From an uncultured Pseudomonadota bacterium (GTDB lineage Bacteria; Babelota; Babeliae; Babelales; CAIQNR01): DNA of 64,000 bases. Positions 18,729 to 27,486 of the stretch are shown here, piece after piece; positions within the stretch are counted from its first letter, which is position 1, and each line of letters starts with the position of its first letter. The notes beneath the pieces were generated by a model. The model saw only the letters and a list, made by a program, of their open reading frames with translations. It ran no database searches and was not told the origin of the DNA. The position numbers and the translations under genes were made by a program. Location of the stretch: positions 4,291 to 68,290 of the forward strand of contig CAYSQM010000007.1 of assembly GCA_964433415.1 (NCBI GenBank), written 5' to 3'.

Positions 18729-19175
18729 TTAAGCCAGGGAAGATTTTTTAGGTTCTTGAGTTGCCAATGCAACATAACCGATTCCCCCTACTTGTTTTAT
18801 ATCATTAACCAGTTCTAGTACAAATCCATAGTTAATAGCCGTATCTGCTTTTACAAAAACTGTTTTTTTGTTTTTGGCAGTAGTTTGTTTTGTTAGTTCT
18901 TGAATAAGTTGTTTTCGTTCAATAATACGATCATTAAATGAAATTTTACCTGTTTTATCAATTGATACTACTAGTTCTTCTTCTAACGTGTCGCTTGTCT
19001 CTTTGATATTACCTTTTGGCAGTTCAATTTCTAAGGCATTTTCTTTTTTTAGCATTGGTGTTGCTACCATGAAAATAATCAATAAGGTAAGAGCTGTATC
19101 AATAAGGGGTGTAAGAACAATTTCAGGATTGCGTCTTGCCATTAAACGTTTAAGGCGATTATAACGAGTTTTCAT
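18729..19175 (-). CDS. tolR: ExbD/TolR-family biopolymer transport protein
   Basis: It contains LTPLIDTALTLLIIFMV. The start is uncertain (ATG at 19175 or 19142), and the track start at 19205 lies well inside tolQ. Confidence 0.85.
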   Translation of the reverse strand: MKTRYNRLKRLMARRNPEIVLTPLIDTALTLLIIFMVATPMLKKENALEIELPKGNIKETSDTLEEELVVSIDKTGKISFNDRIIERKQLIQELTKQTTAKNKKTVFVKADTAINYGFVLELVNDIKQVGGIGYVALATQEPKKSSLA

Positions 19176-19842
19176 CTGAGAACCCTTGTGCAAGAAAATG
19201 AACATGTTCTGAAATTTTAGTTAATTGATATGCCAAAAGATCAATTTTATTTTGTAAATAATTATAAAAAATTAAGGCTGGAATAGCTACTATTAAGCCA
19301 GCAAGGGTGGTGATTAATGCTTCTGCAATACCAGGAGCAACTGTGGCAATATCAGCACCTTGTTTTTCACTGATACTTAAGAATGCATGAGTAAGCCCCC
19401 ACACGGTACCAAAAAGACCAATAAGCGGTGCTACTGCAGCAGTCACCGAGAGTAATGATAAATGTTTTTGTTCTTCTTGTATCATGTCATCGATTAATGA
19501 AAAACGGATTTCATCAAGAAGTGCTATTTGACGTTCAGTAAGATCAGTATTTGTGTCAGCATATTTTTTTACACCCATAAGTTGATGTGCTAGTAAATAG
19601 CCTGTATAACTGTTTCTGATAGTCTGTACAAAACTGTGTACGTTTTCAAGTGAGTGCAAAGTGCGTAGTTTTTTCCAGACTGTGTTAACCTGTGAAAACT
19701 TTGCACGTAATGCAGTTATTTTATAAAAAACAATAGTCCAACAAATTATAGATACAATTAATAGCCCAACCATAATTAATTGAGTTACAGAGTCTGAATG
19801 GCTTACTAATTGCCACAAAGAATTACCAAAAAATAGTTTCAT
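19159..19842 (-). CDS. tolQ: MotA/TolQ/ExbB-family proton channel
   Basis: It has three TM helices and the motif GLFGTVWGLTHAF, and it lies directly upstream of tolR. Confidence 0.88.
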   Translation of the reverse strand: MKLFFGNSLWQLVSHSDSVTQLIMVGLLIVSIICWTIVFYKITALRAKFSQVNTVWKKLRTLHSLENVHSFVQTIRNSYTGYLLAHQLMGVKKYADTNTDLTERQIALLDEIRFSLIDDMIQEEQKHLSLLSVTAAVAPLIGLFGTVWGLTHAFLSISEKQGADIATVAPGIAEALITTLAGLIVAIPALIFYNYLQNKIDLLAYQLTKISEHVHFLAQGFSDENSL

Positions 19843-19916
19843 TACGTTCCTTTCAAAAAATACTTTGATAGTGTAATATACTCGCCTATAAAATGAAATT
19901 AAAATTATATTTATAA

Positions 19917-21011
19917 TTATACGTTAAAGCGAATATTTAAGAGATCACCATCTTGTACGGTGTAATCTTGGCCTTCGGTTTTTATTTTGCCAGAAGTTTT
20001 AAGCGCAGCTTCAGAACCGGCTGCAATAATGTCTTTGGCGTTAAATACTTCTGCGCAAATAAAACCACGTTCTAAATCGGAATGAATTTCACCAGCAGCT
20101 TTACGTACAGATAATCCTTTTTTGATAGGCCATGCATGAGCTTCTTTTGGTCCAACGGTAAAGAAAGTGATCAATCCAAGCATATCGTAACTCTTTTTGA
20201 TGATAGTTTCTAAACCACTTAAAGTAACACCCAGCATTTCTTTCATTTCTATTTGTTCAGCTTCATCAAGCAGTGTAAGTTCGTATTCAGTACGTGCACA
20301 CACAGGTATAACACGTTCTTGTCCAAAACGGGCAATAAGTGCTTGTAGATATTGATTGTTTTTGTAGTTTTCGTTGACAAAATCGTCTTCATTTAAGTTT
20401 GCAGCGATTAAGAATTTTTTTGCAGCAAATAGATCAACTGTGTTTAAACCTGCAGCAGCTGCCTTTTTTTGTACTGATTCAATATCTTGTTTGCCAAGTA
20501 ATACAATAATTTCTTCAAGTAAAATTGATTCAAGTTCTAGGGCTTTTTTTTCAGCAGGTTTATTCTGTGCAGCTTTTAAAAGAGACCCAATTTTAACTTT
20601 ACGTTTATCAATAGAATCAAAATCTTTTAAGATAAGTTCCAAAATAATGGTATCAAAATCATCTAGTGGTGTTACTGGATCTAAAGCTTCAAAGCATCTG
20701 ATAACATGCAAAATTAAATCAACTTCTCTGATATGAGTTAAAAATTGGTTACCTAATCCTTCACCTTGAGAAGCTCCTTTAACAAGGCCTGCAATATCAA
20801 CAAATGAGATAGTTGAAGGAATCAATTTTTGTGAGCCAAAAATCTTAGCTAATTGTTGAAGTCTTATGTCTGGAACTTCGGTGATTGCAAGATGTGGATC
20901 AATGGTGCAAAATGGGTAATTTTCTGCTGGTACTGATGATTTAGTAAGTGCATTGAAGAGTGTTGATTTTCCGACATTTGGTAGACCAACTAATCCAGCT
21001 TTGATACCCAT
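19917..21011 (-). CDS. ychF: Ribosome-binding ATPase YchF (Obg-like)
   Basis: It has MGIKAGLVGLPNVGKSTLFNALT (G1 motif) and a TGS-like C-terminus (GDLLNIRFNV). Its length is 364 aa. Confidence 0.93.
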   Translation of the reverse strand: MGIKAGLVGLPNVGKSTLFNALTKSSVPAENYPFCTIDPHLAITEVPDIRLQQLAKIFGSQKLIPSTISFVDIAGLVKGASQGEGLGNQFLTHIREVDLILHVIRCFEALDPVTPLDDFDTIILELILKDFDSIDKRKVKIGSLLKAAQNKPAEKKALELESILLEEIIVLLGKQDIESVQKKAAAAGLNTVDLFAAKKFLIAANLNEDDFVNENYKNNQYLQALIARFGQERVIPVCARTEYELTLLDEAEQIEMKEMLGVTLSGLETIIKKSYDMLGLITFFTVGPKEAHAWPIKKGLSVRKAAGEIHSDLERGFICAEVFNAKDIIAAGSEAALKTSGKIKTEGQDYTVQDGDLLNIRFNV

Positions 21012-21115
21012 ATAAGTTCCTTAATTTTTCTGTATTTTATTTAATGTTCTCTATTTATATTTAATAGATATTTCTAGGGTAACAAAGCTGTCAAACTCTG
21101 TAAATTAATCATGCA

Positions 21116-22522
21116 TTAATTATTAAGAAAACTATAATCACGCATCATTGCTTTAACCGTTTCGTATTTTTGATCAAAAGAAAGTGCAGGGTTTTTGAGG
21201 TCTTCAAGATCATTCATAAAGCGTAATTGCCATGTAGAGCTAATTTTTGAGCTTGATTCATTTAATTTTTCAATAAAATATAAAAGCATGCCAGTATAGT
21301 AGGTCGAAGAACCTTCTGTGCGCGCATGGTTTAATAACCGTTCACAATAGAGAAGATTTTTTTTGAGTTCAGTTAACGATGGTTTTCTGTTAGCAATACC
21401 ATGGGCAAAATTAAAACTTGATTTCAGAGTGCTTTTAAGAAGACCGGTCATTTTATAAATGATATACCCAGTAATTAATGTTTTACCGGCAGCGTTGCAA
21501 GCTTCGGTATAATAATTTGCTTGGGCAACTATTGAATTAAGATATGCTTGATCCTCTTGAGAAAGAGGCTCTTGGTCGTTGCATACATAGTGTCCGCCAC
21601 GGAAATTTTCCCACCATTTTGGTGTAAATCCTTTACGCACAGATTTAGCTAAGGTATAGCCTAATTTACCTTCAATTGCGTCAAAAAAATTAAACATATT
21701 ATCACGAATTTTTTGAAGTTCGCTTATAGTTTTCCCTTGAAGGTCATTTGGAGTGATATCTGAAGTTGTTAGTATAGTGTCAAAAAGAGCTTCTTCGTAG
21801 TTGTTTCTTGCACTAATATACTGTTTTTTTGAATTTTTATAGTACTCAGTGAGTGAAGTTTTTAGTTCTTGAAAAGTAGGTATTCTTTCAAAAGAAGAAG
21901 GTTGCGTATTATTACTATAAAATTCTTGAATGTTTTTAATAATTTTTTTTGAATTGTCTTTTATGACGGTACATGCAGAAACGATAGTTTCATTTTTTGA
22001 TGCACCATAGGTAGCTGCAGAAAGTGCAAGAATTGTTGCCCAGTTACGTATGATAAAAGATGACTTACTGTTCTGAGTAAGCACCTCTTCTATTTGTTTG
22101 AAAAAGAAAGTTTCTTCTTCTGGAGATAATGAGTGATTGCTTTCATAGTAGGATAAAGCAAGAGCAAGTAAAATTTGTACTTCTTTTAACGTTTTAACAG
22201 AAGTTTTTATTGTATCTTCATTATTCTTTGATGGGCTAAATAATTTTTTGATAGTTTGTACTGGGTTAGTGGTGAAAAATTTTTTTAATGGATTATATTC
22301 TAATTGTTTCCAGTATCCTTGTGTTTCTAAAGTTTCATCAAGAAGTCTGATGATATAATCTTTTTTTTCTTTTGAAGAATCTTGAGAAGTCTTAGTGGAT
22401 TGATTTATAGAGCTTTTATTCTGTAAGGCTTTATATAAAGGGGTAGCCCAGTTTTGGGTGCTTGATAGTTTTGTTGAAATACTTATAAGAAGTATCAAAA
22501 AAATATTTTTTAATTGGAGCAT
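21116..22522 (-). CDS. Hypothetical secreted protein (468 aa)
   Basis: It is a long ORF with an N-terminal signal-like segment (IFLILLISISTKLSS). I recognise no motif. Confidence 0.55.
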   Translation of the reverse strand: MLQLKNIFLILLISISTKLSSTQNWATPLYKALQNKSSINQSTKTSQDSSKEKKDYIIRLLDETLETQGYWKQLEYNPLKKFFTTNPVQTIKKLFSPSKNNEDTIKTSVKTLKEVQILLALALSYYESNHSLSPEEETFFFKQIEEVLTQNSKSSFIIRNWATILALSAATYGASKNETIVSACTVIKDNSKKIIKNIQEFYSNNTQPSSFERIPTFQELKTSLTEYYKNSKKQYISARNNYEEALFDTILTTSDITPNDLQGKTISELQKIRDNMFNFFDAIEGKLGYTLAKSVRKGFTPKWWENFRGGHYVCNDQEPLSQEDQAYLNSIVAQANYYTEACNAAGKTLITGYIIYKMTGLLKSTLKSSFNFAHGIANRKPSLTELKKNLLYCERLLNHARTEGSSTYYTGMLLYFIEKLNESSSKISSTWQLRFMNDLEDLKNPALSFDQKYETVKAMMRDYSFLNN

Positions 22523-22697
22523 TATTTACACTTTCTTTTGAGCTTATTTTTTCTAGAATTAATACCTAGCCTAACAAAACTGTATAATTTTGAAAGATTT
22601 TGAAAGACAGGACGAAAAAAATCTGGTAAAGTTGTTTTTTCATTAAGAGAAAGATTTTAGAGGCTTTCGTGCTTATTATCACGCAAGGATGATCAAT

Positions 22698-23030
22698 ATG
22701 ATAAATGCAGTAGAATTTAATCGCTATGCTATTTTTAAAAATGGCGGCAAACAATATCAAGCAATCGAGGGTAAAACCGTAGAACTTGAAAAAATTGATG
22801 GCGAAGTTGGGGAACGTTTAGAACTTGACGGGATTTTGTTCCGTAAGCTTGAAGACGGAAAATTTGAAGTGGGTAAGCCAGAATTGCCTGGTACCATTAA
22901 GATTTCAATTGTTAAACATATGCTTGGTGACAAGATTACGATCTTTAAATTTAAAAGACGTAAAAAGTCCCGTGTTAAAAAAGGGCATAGACAACAGCAT
23001 ACCGTTGTTCGTATTGAATCGATTGTATAA
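22698..23030 (+). CDS. rplU: 50S ribosomal protein L21
   Basis: YAIFKNGGKQYQAIEGK...FKFKRRKKSRVKKGHRQQHT is typical of L21. I prefer the ATG at 22698, 9 nt after AAGG, over the track start at 22689. No rpmA follows. Confidence 0.9.
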   Translation: MINAVEFNRYAIFKNGGKQYQAIEGKTVELEKIDGEVGERLELDGILFRKLEDGKFEVGKPELPGTIKISIVKHMLGDKITIFKFKRRKKSRVKKGHRQQHTVVRIESIV

Positions 23031-23063
23031 TCGACCTTCAATAATGATTTAATAAAAAAAATA

Positions 23064-23092
23064 GGCACATTTCATTATGTGCCATTTTTTTT
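23064..23092. terminator. Bidirectional terminator between convergent rplU and trkA
   Basis: The stem ggcacat/atgtgcc encloses a 6-nt loop, with an A-run upstream and a T-run downstream. Confidence 0.7.
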
Positions 23093-23110
23093 GTCTATTT
23101 TTGTAAAATA

Positions 23111-23752
23111 TTATAATCGTGCGATTTTAATTAAATCATCTTCGTTGCCAGAAAATAATAAAATATCATTTTCTTGAATAATATAATTAGGGGCAATAGA
23201 AATAAATTTATTATCAGATTTTCTGCCAACACAGGTGACTAAATAATTGTCATATAAGTGTAAAGCATCAGTAGTTTTGCCTACAAAGCGATGAGGAACT
23301 GCAATTTGGCTCATAGAAAATTCACCGGTAATTCTAAAAAATTGTTGAAACGGAGAACTTAGTCTTTCTGCAAGTTGAATACCAACATTGAGTTCAGGGA
23401 TTATGGTTTCATCAGCGCCAGTAAGAGACACAATTTCATGATGAATAGTATTAATACAGCGGGTAATGACTCGTTTAACTTTGAGTCGTTTTTTTAAGAG
23501 TGTAGTAATTAAAATTGATTGTGCAAAATTTTCACCCATGGCAACAATTACCACATCCATATCTTCCACTCCGATAGAAAGAAGTGAATTTTCGTCCGTA
23601 ATATTTATACAAATTGCTTGAGTAACGGCATCCTTAATAGAGCCAATTATAGATTCATTATTATCAACAGCTAAAACTTCAATATTGTGTTGGGCTAAAG
23701 TTGTTGCTACGTTGTAGCCAAAACTACCTAATCCAATTACACATACTTTCAT
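23111..23752 (-). CDS. trkA: K+ uptake system NAD-binding subunit (TrkA/KtrA-like)
   Basis: It has the Rossmann motif MKVCVIGLGSFGYNVA and a TrkA-C-like C-terminus, and it lies downstream of trkH. Confidence 0.85.
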   Translation of the reverse strand: MKVCVIGLGSFGYNVATTLAQHNIEVLAVDNNESIIGSIKDAVTQAICINITDENSLLSIGVEDMDVVIVAMGENFAQSILITTLLKKRLKVKRVITRCINTIHHEIVSLTGADETIIPELNVGIQLAERLSSPFQQFFRITGEFSMSQIAVPHRFVGKTTDALHLYDNYLVTCVGRKSDNKFISIAPNYIIQENDILLFSGNEDDLIKIARL

Positions 23753-23790
23753 AGAGTTTATTCCTTTTATAATGGTCTTTTTTTATTGGA

Positions 23791-25122
23791 TTATGAAATC
23801 ATAACTCGTTCTTCAGGGAAAAGGAATTCATTTTTTTCTTCACGTTTTCTTAAAGCAATCATAAGAGTAAGTGAACCGATACGTCCGGTAAACATGGTAA
23901 GCATAATTAAAAATTTACCTAAAGAAGAAAGATAAGGAGTTACTCCTAATGTTGCACCTAAATTGGTAAAGGCATTAGTTGCTTCAAAAAGTATATCAAT
24001 AAATTGCCAACCTTGTTCTGTGATAAGCAAGAAGAAAGTAATCATTAAAATCCATCCGATACCTAAAGAAACAACTGCCAATGCTTTATAAACTTGATCT
24101 TTCATAATGCGGCGTCCTTTAATATTAACGGCTGTCTTTCCTTGAATTGCAGTATGTATTGCCGCTATTAAAAGTGCAGCTGTAGTAATTTTTATACCAG
24201 AACCAGTTGAAGCTGGCGCAGCACCTATAAATGAGTTAATCATAATAAGAAAGAGTGAAGCTTGCTGCATTGCAATCACTGGAATAGTAAAAAACCCAGC
24301 GCTTCTTGTGCTAATAGAAGTAAATAAAGAGGTCAATAATTGATGTGGCAAGGTCAATGATTCAAGGCAATGATACCGTTCAACCAGCCAAAAAACTAAT
24401 GCCGACCCTAAAGAAATTATGAAAGAATAAGAAAGTATAATACGTGTTTGTAAACTTAAAGTAACACGCCTTTTATAATTTGATGAGTAGATATAGGTTC
24501 GATACAGTTCTTTTAACGTAATAAAACCGATACCCCCAAAAATTGTTAAAATGCTGCTGGTGATAAGCATAGAGTAACTATGTGCGCAAATATTCATTAG
24601 TTCTTCTAAAGGATAAATTCCTGCATTGCAAAATGCAGATACTGCATGAAATAATGAATAAAATAAAGCATGAGTAGGGTTGGCAATATGGAGTTTTAAT
24701 GTTTGATAAATAAAGTAGGTGCCGGTCAGTTCGCATATTCCTGTTACTACTATAATAAAAATCAAGAGTTGTTTGGTGCCATTCCATGATTCTAAATCAA
24801 ACATTTCACCAGTCATAACTTGAGCGGCAAGTCCTAAATTGGTAAATAAAGAAAATAAAAATAAGGTTAAAGTAATAAGTCCAAGTCCGCCAATTTGCAT
24901 AAGAATTAGAAGAATCATGTGGCCAAATGTGGTAAAACTTTCAAATGGTACAGTAGAGAGTCCTGTAACGCATACGCAAGAAGTTGAAGTAAATAAAAGA
25001 TCAATAAAAGGAATTACTTCAGATGTTGCTTGTGGGAGCATTAAAAGTGCAGTGCCTACCACAATAGCAAATGCCATTGAAAGTAAGACCATACGGCTTG
25101 GTGAAAAAAAATAGGTTTTCAT
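23791..25122 (-). CDS. trkH: K+ transporter membrane subunit (TrkH/KtrB family)
   Basis: It is polytopic with repeated pore-loop-like motifs (CVTGLST, CNAGI, TRSAGF, TNLGAT). A GGAAAGG Shine-Dalgarno lies upstream. Confidence 0.85.
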   Translation of the reverse strand: MKTYFFSPSRMVLLSMAFAIVVGTALLMLPQATSEVIPFIDLLFTSTSCVCVTGLSTVPFESFTTFGHMILLILMQIGGLGLITLTLFLFSLFTNLGLAAQVMTGEMFDLESWNGTKQLLIFIIVVTGICELTGTYFIYQTLKLHIANPTHALFYSLFHAVSAFCNAGIYPLEELMNICAHSYSMLITSSILTIFGGIGFITLKELYRTYIYSSNYKRRVTLSLQTRIILSYSFIISLGSALVFWLVERYHCLESLTLPHQLLTSLFTSISTRSAGFFTIPVIAMQQASLFLIMINSFIGAAPASTGSGIKITTAALLIAAIHTAIQGKTAVNIKGRRIMKDQVYKALAVVSLGIGWILMITFFLLITEQGWQFIDILFEATNAFTNLGATLGVTPYLSSLGKFLIMLTMFTGRIGSLTLMIALRKREEKNEFLFPEERVMIS

Positions 25123-25219
25123 ACCTTTCCTTTAAATAAACATTTGTTATAAATGACCATAAAGCAGGTAACAACATTATTAATCTAAAAAATTACTGTG
25201 TGTAAAATAAAAATGTCTT

Positions 25220-25270
25220 ACACTCGTCATTCAGAGCCGAAACAAAGTGTAGGCGTGGGATGACGAGTGT
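25220..25270. repeat. GC-rich 11-bp perfect inverted repeat with a 29-nt loop in the glyQS-trkH spacer
   Basis: The arms acactcgtcat and atgacgagtgt stand out in otherwise AT-rich intergenic DNA, and the loop tcagagccgaaacaaagtgtaggcgtggg is also GC-rich. Confidence 0.6.
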
Positions 25271-25368
25271 GTGTCTCTTTTTTTAAGTTACCATTGTTAT
25301 TATATAAATTAGAGAATGACATATATTGATTTTCACTCTATGCATAAGATAAAAATGAGGTCAATATA

Positions 25369-26676
25369 TTAAATTTTTCCTTTAAAATATTCAGGAAGTT
25401 TATCAAGAGCTATTCGTTCTTGTAGTGTAGTATCACGATGACGTACAGTTACTGCCCCATCTTCTTGGCTTTCAAAGTCATAGGTTACACAGTAAGGAGT
25501 TCCTATTTCATCTTGGCGTCTGTAACGTTTGCCAATAGAACCTGAAGTATCAAATTCAACACTAATGCCAGCGCGTGCAAATTCTTTATAAAGTTTTTCT
25601 GTAGGTTCGTTAAGTTGTTTTGAAAGTGGCAAGAATGCTATTTTTAAAGGAGCAATTGAAGGATGTAGTTTAAGTACTACGCGCGTTTCACCTTCAACAA
25701 TATCTTCGTGATATGCATTAAATAAAAGTGTTAAAAAGAGTCTGTCAACACCTACAGAACATTCAACTACATGAGGGGTATACGATTCTTTTGTTTCTTC
25801 ATCAAAGACTGCAAGTTCTTTACCAGAATGTGTGGTGTGTTGAGTAAGGTCAAAGTTGCCGCGATGAGCAATTCCTTCAAGTTCTTTCCATCCAAAAGGA
25901 AACTCATATTCAACATCAAAACACTGAGTAGAATAGTGGGCTCGTTCATCTGGGGTCTGTTCGCGTGCTCTGATGCGCTTCATGTTAATACCAATAGATT
26001 CGTAAAAAGCTAAACGTTGGGCTACCCAATTAGAAAGTTCTACAGGAGCAAGCGCGCCTTTACAGAACCATTGCATTTCCATTTGTTCAAATTCACGCAT
26101 TCTAAATAAGAACTGTTTTGGGGTTATTTCATTTCTAAATGCTTTACCAATTTGTGCAATTCCAAAAGGAATTTTGGTGCGTGAGGTAGTCATTACATTC
26201 TTAAAATTTACATAAATAGCTTGTGCCGTTTCTGGGCGCAAATAAGCAACAGTTGACGCTTCTTCAAGCGCACCAAGATTAGTTTTGAACATCATGTTGA
26301 AATTACGAACGTCTGTCCATTCTTTATTGCCGCAGTGAGTGCATGGTTTTTCTAGATTGATATCGTCTGCCCTAAAGCGATGTTTACATTTTTTACAATC
26401 AACTAAAGGATCATGAAACCCTTCAACATGTCCTGAAGCTTTCCACATTGCTTCTGGACCAATTAAAGCACCTTCAAGGCGAACAATTTCTCCACGTTCA
26501 TTTTCTAGAGATTTAAGCCATGCATGACGAATATTTTCTTTCATCAGTGTACCTAAGTGGCCAAAGTCGTACATTCCATTTACGCCTCCATAAATTTCTG
26601 CTGAAGGGTATACAAAACCTCTTCTTTTGCAAAGGGCTACAATAGTTTCTAAAGACGTTGGTAGATGGTTTTCCAT
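25369..26676 (-). CDS. glyQS: Glycyl-tRNA synthetase, single-chain (alpha2) type
   Basis: It has class II motif 2 (FRNEITPKQFLFRMREFEQMEMQWF) and the N-terminus TIVALCKRRGFVYPSAEIYGG. I prefer the ATG at 26676 over the TTG at 26715. Confidence 0.92.
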   Translation of the reverse strand: MENHLPTSLETIVALCKRRGFVYPSAEIYGGVNGMYDFGHLGTLMKENIRHAWLKSLENERGEIVRLEGALIGPEAMWKASGHVEGFHDPLVDCKKCKHRFRADDINLEKPCTHCGNKEWTDVRNFNMMFKTNLGALEEASTVAYLRPETAQAIYVNFKNVMTTSRTKIPFGIAQIGKAFRNEITPKQFLFRMREFEQMEMQWFCKGALAPVELSNWVAQRLAFYESIGINMKRIRAREQTPDERAHYSTQCFDVEYEFPFGWKELEGIAHRGNFDLTQHTTHSGKELAVFDEETKESYTPHVVECSVGVDRLFLTLLFNAYHEDIVEGETRVVLKLHPSIAPLKIAFLPLSKQLNEPTEKLYKEFARAGISVEFDTSGSIGKRYRRQDEIGTPYCVTYDFESQEDGAVTVRHRDTTLQERIALDKLPEYFKGKI

Positions 26677-26915
26677 AATTAAAGCCTTTTTGGTAAAAGT
26701 CACTTGAATAGACAAATTTAAATTTAGTTACATTCTTTAAGTTAATAAATCTTATAACAGTTTAATAAATTTTTCACTTGTTTCTTATTTTGCTTATTAT
26801 TTTTTTTGATTTAGCCTTTTCAAAAATTGATAATTAAAATTTTTCAATGATTAATTAAGTTTAAATAATTAGATTTTATTGATAGATAAGTATCAAATAA
26901 TAAAAAAGGAAAAAT

Positions 26916-27422
26916 ATGAAGCGATATTTTTTAAAATTAGGTTTTTTTTTATTAATGGTTTTTTTTGTTCATTGCGTTAATACAGTCCATCAATCAAGAT
27001 TTTTACGTGGAATAATGCTACATGATAGAATTCATGTAGCAGGGTACGATTTGTATGTACCATTTGGAACATCTTTAGATCATTGGAATAATGTATTGGG
27101 TATAGGCATAGGAGATTATGCTTTTGGAACATTTATTGATGTTTATAAAAATAGATTTTATTGGGTTTCTATGAAAAATAATCTTTCAGAAGTTTATTTA
27201 ACTCCTGATATTTGTCTTTCTGGTGGATATCGTATTGCCATGATTCATGGCAGTAATAAACGGAATATTTTTTTAGAAGATCAAAATGCATTATATATTC
27301 CGTTTCTTGCATTTTATACAAAACTTGCATGTAATCAGTATGAAAAAAATCCTTTTTTTGTAGAACTTTATGGAACTCCATTTAATGCAAAGTTGCATGG
27401 ATCATTAGTTGTTTATTTTTAA
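26916..27422 (+). CDS. Small outer-membrane beta-barrel candidate, possibly a PagL-like lipid A deacylase
   Basis: It has a signal peptide and a C-terminal ...LVVYF. The IHGSN motif resembles the H-x-S-N of PagL as I recall it. This is a weak call. Confidence 0.3.
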   Translation: MKRYFLKLGFFLLMVFFVHCVNTVHQSRFLRGIMLHDRIHVAGYDLYVPFGTSLDHWNNVLGIGIGDYAFGTFIDVYKNRFYWVSMKNNLSEVYLTPDICLSGGYRIAMIHGSNKRNIFLEDQNALYIPFLAFYTKLACNQYEKNPFFVELYGTPFNAKLHGSLVVYF

Positions 27423-27429
27423 TAAAAAA

Positions 27430-27466
27430 AGAGAGCTGAATACGAATATTCAGCTCTCTTTTTTTA
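27430..27466. terminator. Strong bidirectional terminator
   Basis: A 13-bp stem (agagagctgaata/tattcagctctct) encloses a 4-nt loop, flanked by an A-run and a T-run, between convergent genes. Confidence 0.85.
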
Positions 27467-27486
27467 TATTTTATAATCTGTTTTTT

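Noticed and set aside
25123-25368. A c-di-AMP (ydaO-type) riboswitch upstream of the K+ transporter operon
   Set aside because: I do not see the paired ACGGGGA/CCC-type conserved cores that I recall for this class. Only a single long hairpin is present.
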